DNA of 64,000 bases from Candidatus Saccharimonadia bacterium (GTDB lineage Bacteria > Patescibacteriota > Saccharimonadia > UBA4664), in contig DATKIP010000010.1 of the NCBI GenBank assembly GCA_035544015.1, positions 6,449-70,448 on the forward strand, read 5' to 3'. The position numbers and the translations under genes were made by a program. Of the stretch, positions 48,035 through 57,853 are shown piece by piece; position 1 is the first letter of the stretch, and the number at the start of each line of letters is the position of its first letter. The notes below the pieces were generated by a model that saw only the letters and a program-made list of their open reading frames with translations, searched no databases and was not told where the DNA came from.

Positions 48035-48889
48035 ATGACGACACCCACCCTCAACCCAACCCAACACAGCCTCCAGGCCGCCGATGGCACCACCATAAGC
48101 TACCTCACGCTCGGAACCGGCCCCGGGCTCGTGCTGGTACCCGGGTCCATGGGGTCCGCCCCAGATTACCTGTCTCTCGCCCAAAACCTCGCCAATAGCT
48201 ACACCGTCCACATCGTCGACCGGCGCGGACACGGGCAGAGCGGACCCATCAAACCCGATCACTCCATGACCACCGAGCAACAAGACATCCAGGCGGTCGT
48301 CAAAACCACCGGCGCGCCGTACCTCTTTGGACACAGCATCGGCGGCCTCATCAGCCTAGAGGCAGCCCTCGGCGCCTCGCTCAAAAAACTCGCCGTCTAC
48401 GAGCCGCCGGTTTCCGTAAACGGCTCCATCCCCCGCGGCTGGCTGCCCGACATGGAGCAAGCCCTCGCAGCCAAGCATTACGCCACCGCTATGACCACCA
48501 TCATGAAGGGACTCCAGCTCTCAAGCGACGCAGGCGCCCTCCCAAAACCCGCGCTCATCGCGCTCATGGCCGTCATGATGCGCCTGCGCAAAACTGCCGA
48601 CGGACAGCCCTGGGGCCAACACATTCAGCAGCTCCTGCCCACCATGCCCGTCGACATCGACCTCGTCTACGAACTCGACTCGGCGTACTCCACATTTGCC
48701 GCCGTCACCATCCCCACGCTGCTCCTCGGTGGCACCAAGAGCGCACCGCACTTCAAACTCGGCCTCGAAACACTCCAAAAAACGCTGCCCCAAGCCAATC
48801 TCATCATGATGCCAAACCTCGAACACAACGCCCCTAACACCGACGCCCCCGAAAAAGTGGCCGCGCAGCTTCGCAAATTTCTTGTCTAA
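48035..48889 (+). CDS. Alpha/beta hydrolase
   Basis: DRRGHGQS, GHSIGG nucleophile elbow, VYEPP, C-terminal His. Confidence 0.88.
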   Translation: MTTPTLNPTQHSLQAADGTTISYLTLGTGPGLVLVPGSMGSAPDYLSLAQNLANSYTVHIVDRRGHGQSGPIKPDHSMTTEQQDIQAVVKTTGAPYLFGHSIGGLISLEAALGASLKKLAVYEPPVSVNGSIPRGWLPDMEQALAAKHYATAMTTIMKGLQLSSDAGALPKPALIALMAVMMRLRKTADGQPWGQHIQQLLPTMPVDIDLVYELDSAYSTFAAVTIPTLLLGGTKSAPHFKLGLETLQKTLPQANLIMMPNLEHNAPNTDAPEKVAAQLRKFLV

Positions 48890-48898
48890 CCAACCCCT

Positions 48899-49156
48899 TT
48901 AGCGAAACAAATTATCCACGAAGGTTTGCAGCCCCTGCAGCAACAGCAATACCACGAGCGGCGCAAAATCAATGCCGGCCGCCGGTGGCAAAAGCTTGCG
49001 CACGGGCGCCAACGCCGGCTCAGTAATCCCCATCAGCGCGTCCATAAACCAGCCGCCCGGCCGCATCACGTAGCTCAAAATTACCCGCAGCAGCAACACC
49101 CCCGAAAACAGCGGCACAAACAAATCCACAAATGTCACCAGCACGAGTGCAATCAT
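48899..49156 (-). CDS. yggT: YggT/YlmG family membrane protein
   Basis: LRVILSY, ITEPALAPVRKLLP, IDFAP. Confidence 0.85.
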   Translation of the reverse strand: MIALVLVTFVDLFVPLFSGVLLLRVILSYVMRPGGWFMDALMGITEPALAPVRKLLPPAAGIDFAPLVVLLLLQGLQTFVDNLFR

Positions 49157-49416
49157 TGCCGGGCCAAATAAGCTACATCCGAAGGCGCAGGCAAGCTATC
49201 TTCACCCTGCCACACCTGCACGAGCGCCCCATCAGTCTTCAAGATCAGCACCGCCGGCCGGCCCACAATATCATAACTTTCCGCCAGCTGAATCCCTCGA
49301 GGCGTATCCGCATCGAGTAATTCCGTCTCCAATTGCTCACGTTGCAACCGGTCATTAAACTCCGCCATCAGCCGCTCAGCCGACGTGCGCTTGTTGTACA
49401 GCAGGTAAACAATCAT
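49153..49416 (-). CDS. Small thioredoxin-fold-like protein lacking CxxC
   Basis: LLDADTPRGIQLAESYDIVGRPAVL..DG...W pattern; TATAAT 7 nt upstream of the ATG. Confidence 0.6.
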   Translation of the reverse strand: MIVYLLYNKRTSAERLMAEFNDRLQREQLETELLDADTPRGIQLAESYDIVGRPAVLILKTDGALVQVWQGEDSLPAPSDVAYLARQ

Positions 49417-49446
49417 AACCGCAATTATAGCACTGCCAGTCGCGAG

Positions 49447-50901
49447 CTACTCCACCTTGCGGCGAATAAAGGCCGGGACATCCAAGTCGTCTTCCACCAG
49501 CGGCATGCCCGAGTCTGGCTCCACCGTGCGGTGCTGAACTGCCGACGCCGGTGTCGGCTCCTCGATTTTGTCTTCGTAGGCCGGCTCCGAGGCCGGTGCG
49601 TGGGCCGCCTCCGCGTGATGCCGCGGCGGCTCGGCCACCTGGCCATAGCGGTGATGCGGCGCGGGTTCGTCGTCGGCCGGCTCAATCGACGCCAGCGACG
49701 GAAACCGCCGCGGCGGCGCCGTCTCCACCCGCGGCACCTCGATCGGCACCACCTCGGGCTCGGGCGCCACCTGCGGCCGCTCATTGATAAACGGCTGCCT
49801 CGGCGCCGGCACCACTTCCGGGGCGTAGGGCAACACCGGCTCTGGTTCAGGCTCCGGCTCCACCGGCTCAGGCTCGCGCTCCGGCTCGGGCCGCGCCGTC
49901 TTCACGAAAATGTCGCGGCGTCCCGGCAAATCATGCACTGTCCGCTTGGCCACATCAAAGCCCGTCGCCACCACGGTGATCTGCAAATCGTCATCGAGCT
50001 GGTCGTCGAGCACTGCCCCAAAGATAATGTTGGCATCCGGATCCACCGCATCGGTCACGGTCTTGGCCGCCTCGTCGATCTCGTGCATCGTCATGTTGCG
50101 GCCGCCGGTGATGTTAAACAGCACCCCGCGCGCCCCCTCAATGCTCGTCTCGAGCAACGGGCTATCAATCGCCTGCCGCGCCGCTTCCACCGCGCGATTA
50201 TCACCGCTGGCCCGGCCAATGCCCATGAGCGCCGACCCCGCATTACTCATGATCGCCTTCACATCGGCAAAGTCGAGGTTAATGAGTCCATGAATCGTAA
50301 TCAGACTTGAAATGCCCAAGACACCCTGCTGCAACACTTCGTCCACAATCCCAAACGCATCCACCAAGCTCGTTTTGCGATCGATCATCTGCAGCAACCG
50401 GTCGTTGGGAATCGTGATGAGCGTATCCACGTTCTCCTTGAGCTCCACGATCCCCGCGTCCGCACTGCGCCGCCGCCGCTCGCCCTCAAACGTAAACGGC
50501 TTGGTCACAATCGCCACCACCAGCGCCCCCGCCTCACGCGCCGCCGACGCAATGAGCGGCGCCGCACCAGTACCAGTACCGCCGCCTTCGCCGAGTGTGA
50601 TGAAAATCATATCGGCGCCCTTCACGGCTTCGTAGATTTCCTTCTCGCTTTCCTCAGCCGCCCGACGACCCACCTCGGGATCTGCCCCCGCGCCCAAACC
50701 GCGCGTTGTTTCGCGGCCAATATGTATCTTGCTCGGCGCCTTGGCGTGCAACAACGCCTGCGCATCGGTATTAATCACCACAAACTCCACGCCCTGGAGT
50801 TTGGATTCAATCATGCGGTTTACGGCCGAATTGCCGCCCCCACCCACACCTATTACTTTGATTCGAGCTGACGTATCAACGTCGGGCATAATCTCAGCCA
50901 T
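49447..50901 (-). CDS. ftsZ: Cell division protein FtsZ
   Basis: [27 protein letters not shown]-terminal [12 protein letters not shown]; probable start MAEIMP at 50901 (GGAG SD). Confidence 0.97.
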   Translation of the reverse strand: MAEIMPDVDTSARIKVIGVGGGGNSAVNRMIESKLQGVEFVVINTDAQALLHAKAPSKIHIGRETTRGLGAGADPEVGRRAAEESEKEIYEAVKGADMIFITLGEGGGTGTGAAPLIASAAREAGALVVAIVTKPFTFEGERRRRSADAGIVELKENVDTLITIPNDRLLQMIDRKTSLVDAFGIVDEVLQQGVLGISSLITIHGLINLDFADVKAIMSNAGSALMGIGRASGDNRAVEAARQAIDSPLLETSIEGARGVLFNITGGRNMTMHEIDEAAKTVTDAVDPDANIIFGAVLDDQLDDDLQITVVATGFDVAKRTVHDLPGRRDIFVKTARPEPEREPEPVEPEPEPEPVLPYAPEVVPAPRQPFINERPQVAPEPEVVPIEVPRVETAPPRRFPSLASIEPADDEPAPHHRYGQVAEPPRHHAEAAHAPASEPAYEDKIEEPTPASAVQHRTVEPDSGMPLVEDDLDVPAFIRRKVE

Positions 50902-51138
50902 ACTGTGTAACTCCTTACCACCAAGGACTCGCTGGCCTCTGCCAAAAACTACGAGTACAAGGCTGACTATAACCGTCTCACAAAATGAATGCAAATTATT
51001 TATTCGCCGTAATTTGGCTTTCTAGACGAACAAATAATCTATTCAAAAACAACTAAAAATGCCCCTACCAAGCTCATCTCAAAATCAAAAACAGACCCTC
51101 ACGGATCTTTAAAAAACAAACTGAGTAAAAAACTTTTT

Positions 51139-52374
51139 CTACGGCAGCAAATTGCGCAGTGTCTTCCGGATGCGATCCACTGTCTGACCCAACGACGCCC
51201 CGGCCGCCGGCTCAATTTCCGCATGGGTCATGTTCTCGAGCATCAATCCCACCGGCGCAGCAAAAGCCGGGTCGTTTATCCGATCAACAATCCCCGTAAA
51301 ACCTTCGGGCTTACCGATTACCACCGGCAGCTGCAAAGCTTCCTTCGCCAGCTCATCAATCCCTGGCATCTTGGCGCCTCCGCCAGTGAGCACCACGCCT
51401 CCCGGCAGCATCACGTCTTTGCCCACCTTGCGCAGCTCTGCGCGCACCATGTGGAAGATCTCGTCCAGGCGCGCTCCCGCAATATTCTGGAGCTCTCGAC
51501 GCGTCACCACATTGTCTTCGGTGCTGAGCTCCTCGATCCGAATCTTTTCGCTCAAGTTGGCCTTGCTGGTATGGGCGCGCACGTACTTGAGCTTGATCTT
51601 CTCGGCCGTATCCACACTGGTTTTGAGTCCGATTGCCAAATCGTTCGTGACATGACCAGCCCCCACCGGAATCACGCTCGAGTACAGAATGTCGCCCTCC
51701 TCGAAAACCGCCACACCCGTGGTACCGGCGCCAATATCCACGAGCGCCACGCCCAGCTCCTTTTGCCGCTTCGTGAGCACCGCCCGCGCCGCCGCAATCG
51801 GCACCAACACCTGGCCCGAGATGGCGATCCCCGCCTGGTGAATACTTCGATCCAGATTCTTGATCGCCGGCACCGAGCCGCTAATGATGTGCGATTCCAC
51901 CTCCAGCCGCACCCCGTGCATGCCCACGGGGTCCTTGATATTAGTCTGGCCGTCCACCGAGTACGACCGCGGAAACACCTGAATAATCTCACGGTTGGGC
52001 GGCAGTTGAATCGCCGTCGCTGCCTCCTCTACCCGCACCAAATCCTCGACCATAATTTCCTGATCCGCCCGCCCCACCGCAATCACACCTTTGGAGTTCT
52101 GGCTCGACACATGCGCCCCGTCGATCGAAATGGTGGCCTGATCGATCGCCACGCCCGATATGCGCTCCGCCTCGTCCACCGCTGCCGTAATGGCCGACAC
52201 CGTCTCCTCTACGTCCACCACCACGCCTTTGCGCATACCGCTGGCCGGCGCCAAGCCCACGCCAATCACGCTCGGCAGCGCCGCACCTTCTTCGTGCAGA
52301 CCCACGATACAACAAACCTTGGTACTGCCAATATCGAGTCCTATATAAACTTGTTCCGCTGGTCTTGAGGCCAC
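51139..52374 (-). CDS. ftsA: Cell division protein FtsA
   Basis: GLDIGSTK, GMRKGVV, VDIGAGTT, AEKIK, VLTGGGA, amphipathic C-terminus. Confidence 0.95.
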   Translation of the reverse strand: MASRPAEQVYIGLDIGSTKVCCIVGLHEEGAALPSVIGVGLAPASGMRKGVVVDVEETVSAITAAVDEAERISGVAIDQATISIDGAHVSSQNSKGVIAVGRADQEIMVEDLVRVEEAATAIQLPPNREIIQVFPRSYSVDGQTNIKDPVGMHGVRLEVESHIISGSVPAIKNLDRSIHQAGIAISGQVLVPIAAARAVLTKRQKELGVALVDIGAGTTGVAVFEEGDILYSSVIPVGAGHVTNDLAIGLKTSVDTAEKIKLKYVRAHTSKANLSEKIRIEELSTEDNVVTRRELQNIAGARLDEIFHMVRAELRKVGKDVMLPGGVVLTGGGAKMPGIDELAKEALQLPVVIGKPEGFTGIVDRINDPAFAAPVGLMLENMTHAEIEPAAGASLGQTVDRIRKTLRNLLP

Positions 52375-52482
52375 GTGTCTGCCGGTGCTCCCTACTGGAT
52401 GACATTATAGTTCTTACGAAGCTGAATACGCAATATTGAATACCCAGCAGGTTCAATTTCTACACTCGAACGGCTCAATTAC

Positions 52483-52503
52483 TTGAACACAAAAAGTGTT
52501 CAA
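52483..52503. terminator. Hairpin/palindrome between map and ftsA
   Basis: TTGAACAC-AAAAA-GTGTTCAA, just after the map stop. Confidence 0.45.
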
Positions 52504-52511
52504 TATCGGGC

Positions 52512-53279
52512 TTATTGAGTAAGAATCTCGCACCCGTCTTCAGTCACCAGCACCGTATGCTCAAATTGAGCCCCCAAGCTGCCGTCAGCCGTCCGAATCG
52601 TCCAGCCGTCATCAGCCACATAGATATCACGTCCGCCCAGGGTCGCCATGGGCTCGATGGCAATCGACATGCCGGCCCGCAACCGCGAGCCCGTTCCCAC
52701 TCGGCCATAATTAAGAATCAGCGGCTCCTCGTGCACCCGATGGCCCACCCCATGGCCGCTCAGCTCCTCGATCACGCCCAGCTTGTCGCGGCGCAAGCGC
52801 ACCTCGATAGCGTGCCCAATGTCACCCACTCGCGCACCGTCGCGCACCTGCGACATTCCCAGCCCCAGCGCCTGCTGGGTCGCTGCCAGCAAACGACTCT
52901 GCGCCGCCGTAGGACGCCCACCAGCCACCACCGTCACGGCGCCGTCAGTTACCATACCCTCAAACGTCACCCCAAAATCCAGTCCCACCAAATCACCCGC
53001 CTGAATCACGCGCGGGCCGGGTATGCCGTGCACAATCTCGTCGTTAACCGAGATGCAAATCGTCGACGGAAACGGCGTGCTATGAACATCCGGCCGGTAC
53101 CCCAAAAACGCCGGCTCTCCGCCCAAGGCCGCCAGCTCTCGCGCCGCCATCTCGCCGAGATACCCGGTGGTTTGGCCCGGCTCCAACGCCGCCGACAGCC
53201 GCCGCAGCACTTCGGCCAAAATCCCACCACTCGTGCGCAGCCGCTCGGCCTCGGCCGCCGTTTTTACCTGATTCATCAT
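52512..53279 (-). CDS. map: Methionine aminopeptidase type I
   Basis: CISVNDEIVHGIP, DFG..D, GHGVG..HEEP, IEPM, QFEHT. Confidence 0.95.
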   Translation of the reverse strand: MMNQVKTAAEAERLRTSGGILAEVLRRLSAALEPGQTTGYLGEMAARELAALGGEPAFLGYRPDVHSTPFPSTICISVNDEIVHGIPGPRVIQAGDLVGLDFGVTFEGMVTDGAVTVVAGGRPTAAQSRLLAATQQALGLGMSQVRDGARVGDIGHAIEVRLRRDKLGVIEELSGHGVGHRVHEEPLILNYGRVGTGSRLRAGMSIAIEPMATLGGRDIYVADDGWTIRTADGSLGAQFEHTVLVTEDGCEILTQ

Positions 53280-53806
53280 GCCAAAACCGCTCGCACGAGC
53301 CGTCGCACCGTCTCGATGTCACCCCGGCCGTCCACCCGTCGCAGCAGACCCAGGGTCTCATAGTGCTCAATCGCAGCCTGCGTATTGCGCGCGTACTCAT
53401 TCCACTTTTCGCGCACCACCTCGGGCGCATCGTCGGCCCGCTCGCGCAGCCCCAGGCGCTTCAGGCTCGTTTCCAGATCCAGTTCAATCAATACCACGCT
53501 CGTCACTTCACGACCATACGCGGGCAGCTCAGCCTCCATCCAACGCACGTTGCTCATGGTTCGCGGAAAGCCGTCCAAAATAATCGGCTGCTCATCCGGC
53601 ACCGCCGCCACCGCCTCGCCCACGATCCGCTCCACCTCGGCCGCGGGTGCCAGCTTGCCGTCCGCGATCATCGCCGCGGCCTTGGGGTCGCGCCGCAGCA
53701 AATTGCCGCTCGAAAGATGCACTCCACCCAAATCTTCGGCCAAAAAGTCTCCCTGCACCGATTTGCCGGCGCCGGTCGGCCCCATCAATACAATTAATTT
53801 GCCCAT
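53276..53806 (-). CDS. adk: Adenylate kinase (short, LID-less type)
   Basis: GPTGAGKS, HLSSGNLLR, ILDGFPRT, RERADD. Confidence 0.88.
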   Translation of the reverse strand: MGKLIVLMGPTGAGKSVQGDFLAEDLGGVHLSSGNLLRRDPKAAAMIADGKLAPAAEVERIVGEAVAAVPDEQPIILDGFPRTMSNVRWMEAELPAYGREVTSVVLIELDLETSLKRLGLRERADDAPEVVREKWNEYARNTQAAIEHYETLGLLRRVDGRGDIETVRRLVRAVLA

Positions 53807-54228
53807 AGCATCTCCACCACGTGGGGCGCAAATATCGCCGCCCCAATCAACGCCGCCGCGGCCGCCGCCACCAGCACCGCTCCCGCTGCCATATCTTTAA
53901 TCAGCTTAATGCGCGGGTTTTCTTCCATATCAATCAGATCGAGGGTCCGCTCAATCGCGGTATTAAAAATTTCGGCCAAAAACACCAAGATCACCGCGAA
54001 AAACACCGCCGCCAGCTCCGCTCCCGACAGCCGCAACATAACGCCCAACAAAAACGCCAACACTGCAAACGCCAAATGCACCCGCGCGTTGCGCTCGTGC
54101 TCAAACACGTGCTTGACGCCGTGCAAGGCGTGCATCATGCCGTCAATCAAATTCGATTGTGCATAGGGATGCGCACGGCGGGTGTGATCATCCGCCGCGG
54201 GTACCTCGCTCGGCGTCTTGACGCTCAT
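53794..54228 (-). CDS. dgkA: Diacylglycerol/undecaprenol kinase family protein
   Basis: ERNARVH, EIFNTAIE..D, IKDMAAGAVL. Confidence 0.88.
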   Translation of the reverse strand: MSVKTPSEVPAADDHTRRAHPYAQSNLIDGMMHALHGVKHVFEHERNARVHLAFAVLAFLLGVMLRLSGAELAAVFFAVILVFLAEIFNTAIERTLDLIDMEENPRIKLIKDMAAGAVLVAAAAAALIGAAIFAPHVVEMLWAN

Positions 54229-54671
54229 ACCGCCAACCTCGCCTTCACCAATCGCGACACCATGCCGCCGTCGGCCGCCGCACCGACGCGCTTCATCACC
54301 GCCCCCATCACCTGGCCCATCGCCGCCGGACCACTGGCTCCGAGCTCAGCCACCACACTATCTACCACCTTCGCCAGCTCATCCTCGCTCATCGCCTCAG
54401 GCAGATACCCGGCAATCACCGCCAGCTCCTGCTCCTCGGTGGCGATCAGATCCTCGCGGCCAGCACTGCGAAACGCCTCGATCGAATCCCGCCGCTGTTT
54501 GGCCTCCCGCTGGAGCACCTTGAGCATCGCGGCCTCATCGAGCTCGTGGCCGGTCTTAATCTCCTCATTTTTGAGCGCACCGCGCAACAAGCGCAACGCC
54601 CCCGTGCGCTGGGCATCCCCGGCCATCATGCTGGCCTTCATATCCGCCGTTAATTGTTCGAGAATTGTCAC
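54225..54671 (-). CDS. GatB/YqeY domain protein
   Basis: KQRRDSIEAF, E..VI..YLP, MGQVMG. Confidence 0.9.
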   Translation of the reverse strand: MTILEQLTADMKASMMAGDAQRTGALRLLRGALKNEEIKTGHELDEAAMLKVLQREAKQRRDSIEAFRSAGREDLIATEEQELAVIAGYLPEAMSEDELAKVVDSVVAELGASGPAAMGQVMGAVMKRVGAAADGGMVSRLVKARLAV

Positions 54672-54745
54672 CGTTATATCCTAATCACTGCTGATATTGT
54701 AGCCGACCGGCCGCCAGAAGGCGAAATCCCAGTCTACGCCAATGA

Positions 54746-54771
54746 AAAGCCCCGCACGCCGCGGGGTACTT
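54746..54771 (-). terminator. Intrinsic terminator downstream of rpsU
   Basis: + strand AAAAG-CCCCGC-ACGCC-GCGGGG; reads as hairpin + U-run on the minus strand. Confidence 0.55.
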
Positions 54772-54789
54772 CTCCGAACGGCCGCCCAA

Positions 54790-54999
54790 TTAGCGGCCCA
54801 GATACGCCTTAGCCTTAGCGGCCTTGCGGGCCGACTTGCGGATAGCGATTTCGCGCTGGGCCCGCTTGGTCAGGTCCTTTTCAAAGTATTTACCCCGACG
54901 GGCAATACCGAGCACGCCCGACTGCTGCACTTTCTTGTTGAAGCGCCGGATCATGTTCTCTAACGACTCTTTGTCGTCTTTGCGTGTAACTTGTAGCAT
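54790..54999 (-). CDS. rpsU: 30S ribosomal protein S21
   Basis: ESLENMIRRFNKKVQQSG...YFEK; basic; AGGAGG SD. Confidence 0.88.
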   Translation of the reverse strand: MLQVTRKDDKESLENMIRRFNKKVQQSGVLGIARRGKYFEKDLTKRAQREIAIRKSARKAAKAKAYLGR

Positions 55000-55091
55000 G
55001 CGAATTCACCTCCTTTCGGCTGGCGTTTGATCAAATTAATAATCGCCCAGGTATCCTAGCAGATTCCCCCGGTCTTATCAACAAACCGACC

Positions 55092-55415
55092 CTAATCGGT
55101 CATCTTCTCCCCGCCTCGAATGTGGAAGTGCAGATGCGGCACCGACTGCCCCACCGACGAGCCGTTGTTCACACCCATCCGCCACGCCGACTTCAGCCCG
55201 GCCTGGTGCGCCACCTCCCGCACCGCCAGCAGCAGTTGACCGGCCAGCTTCGGATCATCCAAATGATCGAGATTCTCGATGTGCTGCTTGGGCACCACGA
55301 GCACGTGCACCGGCGATTTCGGGTACAAATCGTTAAACGCCGCCGCCACGTCATTACTCCACACCAGCTCAGCCGGATCGCCATTGGCAATCTTGCAAAA
55401 AATACAGGTATCCAT
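55092..55415 (-). CDS. HIT family hydrolase
   Basis: MDTCIFCKI, HVLVVPK, GQSVPHLHFH; start at 55415. Confidence 0.92.
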   Translation of the reverse strand: MDTCIFCKIANGDPAELVWSNDVAAAFNDLYPKSPVHVLVVPKQHIENLDHLDDPKLAGQLLLAVREVAHQAGLKSAWRMGVNNGSSVGQSVPHLHFHIRGGEKMTD

Positions 55416-55452
55416 GACAAAAGTATACCACCGCCAACGAGCAGCTCGGGAA

Positions 55453-55576
55453 AGAGGCATTCTCGGAGTAATGTAGTCTTCGCGCCCGCCAGCGCCGGTT
55501 CTGATATCGCTCACCCCGAAGAGACGGTCCGCGTTCGCTGGCCCAGCGAAGACTGCATTGCGCAGAGAACCCCTCT
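55453..55576 (+). repeat. ~124-nt long imperfect hairpin element (REP/MITE-like or structured RNA)
   Basis: GTAATGTAGTCTTCGC (55468-55483) pairs with GCGAAGACTGCATTGC (55546-55561) with two G-U pairs; inner GCCAGCG/CGCTGGC; outer TTCTC/GAGAA and AGAGG/CCTCT. Confidence 0.75.
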
Positions 55577-55651
55577 CCAATCCGCTTAAGATTGACGTGA
55601 GCTCGTTTATGGCACAAAATACCCAATTCGTAAAGAAATCCCGCTACACCC

Positions 55652-56281
55652 ATGACCTTCGGACTCAAAACCACCATCATCGCCAGCACCGCTCTCGCCG
55701 GGGCGCTCAATCTGATGCAATTTGCGGTCAGCTACAACCAGCACGCCAAAGCCGCGTTCGTACCCAATTGGGCCGAGGCGGCCGCCAGCCCCACCCCCAA
55801 ACCCGCCGTTGCCGCGAGCACCGTAGCCGCCACTCCCGCTCCCGCAACGGCCGCAGCCCCCGCCCCAGCAGCCGATCCCGCCGTCACCGCCACCGCCAAA
55901 CTGGCCTCCGCCGGACTCCGCACCGAGTTCGCCGCCGATTATCTGAGCGTGCAGGCCAAAACCGGCACGCCGTGGCCAATCCTGGCCGCCGTCCACAGCG
56001 TCGAAACCGGCCAAAGCGGCAACACCAACCGACGCTCCTCGGCCGGCGCCACGGGGCCCATGCAATTCATGCCGGCCACCTTCGCCCACTACGCCCTCGA
56101 CGGCGACGGCAACGGCGCCAAAGACATCACCGGCCTCAGCGACTCGCTCCTCACCGCCGGCCGCTATCTCGCCGCCGGTGGCGCCGACAAGGGTCGGTAT
56201 TCAGCCGCCCTCTACAACTACAATCACTCCAATGCCTACGTCAGCAAAGTTCTGGGCATCGCCCACCGCCTAGGCATCTAG
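55652..56281 (+). CDS. Secreted lytic transglycosylase (SLT-like)
   Basis: Signal/TM, Ala-Pro linker, PWPILAAVHSVET, GATGPMQFMPATF, ALYNYN. Confidence 0.88.
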   Translation: MTFGLKTTIIASTALAGALNLMQFAVSYNQHAKAAFVPNWAEAAASPTPKPAVAASTVAATPAPATAAAPAPAADPAVTATAKLASAGLRTEFAADYLSVQAKTGTPWPILAAVHSVETGQSGNTNRRSSAGATGPMQFMPATFAHYALDGDGNGAKDITGLSDSLLTAGRYLAAGGADKGRYSAALYNYNHSNAYVSKVLGIAHRLGI

Positions 56282-56324
56282 CCAGCAGTTGTAAGTCCCC
56301 CGCCAAAGCGCTAGGCTTAGGCCA

Positions 56325-57026
56325 ATGCGAACCTTTTTTCGCCCCTCCACACTTTTATGCTTCTCGCCGCCGGTCATGATCGCGACGGTCGTCATTGAGC
56401 TCAGCCTCGCCGCCTGGATCGTCACCCGCTACGCCACCAGCTCCCTTCACCGGCTCGCCATCACCATGCTCATCTGCCTCGGCGGCTTCCAGTTCGCTGA
56501 GTTTAACGTCTGCGGCGAGCACGGCCCCACCCTGCTCTGGTCCCGCCTTGGCTACATCCTCATCACGCTCCTGCCGCCGCTGGGCCTCCACATCATCACG
56601 CTCATTCGCCGACAGCCCACCAAGCTCATTGCCGCCGCCTACACTGCCGCCGGAGTCTTCATTGCCGGCCTAGCCTTCGTGCCCTCCACCCTCAACGCCA
56701 GCGTCTGCACCGGCAACTACGTCATCTTCCAGCTCGCTCACCCCTTCGACCGCTGGTACGCCTACTATTACGTCGGGCTGCTACTCTTCAGCCTCGCCCT
56801 AGCCATCGCCGGCACCTTTACTGCCACGAATCGCCGCCGACGCGCCAGCCTCGGCTGGATGGCCAGCGGCTACCTCGCCTTCATGGTGCCCAGCTACGCC
56901 ATCTACTTCCTCTTCCCCACTACCGGCCGCGGTCTGCCGTCCATCATGTGCGGGTTTGCCGTCACCTTCGCCCTGATTCTCGGCCTACGCGTCGTGCCAA
57001 ACGCTACTTCGCCTCTTTCGCGATAA
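56325..57026 (+). CDS. Multi-pass (~7 TM) membrane protein
   Basis: Several hydrophobic helices, [25 protein letters not shown]. Confidence 0.7.
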   Translation: MRTFFRPSTLLCFSPPVMIATVVIELSLAAWIVTRYATSSLHRLAITMLICLGGFQFAEFNVCGEHGPTLLWSRLGYILITLLPPLGLHIITLIRRQPTKLIAAAYTAAGVFIAGLAFVPSTLNASVCTGNYVIFQLAHPFDRWYAYYYVGLLLFSLALAIAGTFTATNRRRRASLGWMASGYLAFMVPSYAIYFLFPTTGRGLPSIMCGFAVTFALILGLRVVPNATSPLSR

Positions 57027-57765
57027 AATCTCTCACGCTCTTAACCGTATCCATAAACTGCGCCGGGAAAATAATCGTCGAGTTTTTCTCGGTCGCGATT
57101 TCGCTCAACACCTGCAAGTTGCGCAGCTGCAAAGCAATCGGATGCGCATTGATAATATCCGCCGCCTCGCCCAGCTTAGCCGCACTCTGGAACTCACCGT
57201 CGGCCGCAATAATCTTGGCCCGCTTCTCGCGCTCCGCCTCAGCCTGCTTGGCCATGGCCCGCTGCATCGAATCCGGCAGCTGGATGTCCTTGAGCTCCAC
57301 CCGGCTAATCTGAATCCCCCACGGCGCCGTCGTCGACTCCAACGAATCCTGCACTAGCTGGTTGAGCTTACCGGTCTCGCTCAATACTTCATCGAGCGCG
57401 TGCTGCCCCACGATGTTGCGCACCGTCGTCTGCGCGATCTGATTAATCGCCGACATCACGTTATCAATCGCCACCAAGCTCTTGGTCGGATCCACCACCT
57501 GATAAAACGTCACCGCCGCCACCGTAATCGACACGTTATCGCGCGTAATCACCTGCTGCCCCGGCACCGCCATGGTGATGATGCGCATGTTCACCTTCCG
57601 CAACTGGTCAACAATCGGAATAATCACCCGCAAACCCGGACCCTTCACGTCATGCCGCACCTTACCGAGCCGAAACACCACCCCACGCTCGTACTGCTGC
57701 ACGATGCGCAGCCCAAAAATCACCATCAGAACCACTAAACCAATCAGAACATCCACGAATACCAC
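57004..57765 (-). CDS. SPFH/stomatin-like (slipin) protein
   Basis: [35 protein letters not shown]. Confidence 0.92.
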   Translation of the reverse strand: MVFVDVLIGLVVLMVIFGLRIVQQYERGVVFRLGKVRHDVKGPGLRVIIPIVDQLRKVNMRIITMAVPGQQVITRDNVSITVAAVTFYQVVDPTKSLVAIDNVMSAINQIAQTTVRNIVGQHALDEVLSETGKLNQLVQDSLESTTAPWGIQISRVELKDIQLPDSMQRAMAKQAEAEREKRAKIIAADGEFQSAAKLGEAADIINAHPIALQLRNLQVLSEIATEKNSTIIFPAQFMDTVKSVRDFIAKEAK

Positions 57766-57853
57766 GACCGTTTCCTCCTAGTTCGAGCCAATTCTGCTCC
57801 TTACGGGGACTTTTTACAATACGCCATCGGCTCAAGGTACTCGATCTCAACCA

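Noticed and set aside
52483-52503. LexA (GAAC-N4-GTTC) box upstream of ftsA
   Set aside because: Spacing is N9 rather than N4; more simply a hairpin after map
55453-55576. SRP RNA, tRNA or 6S RNA call
   Set aside because: No SRP domain IV motif, no cloverleaf, and short for 6S; left as an unassigned hairpin
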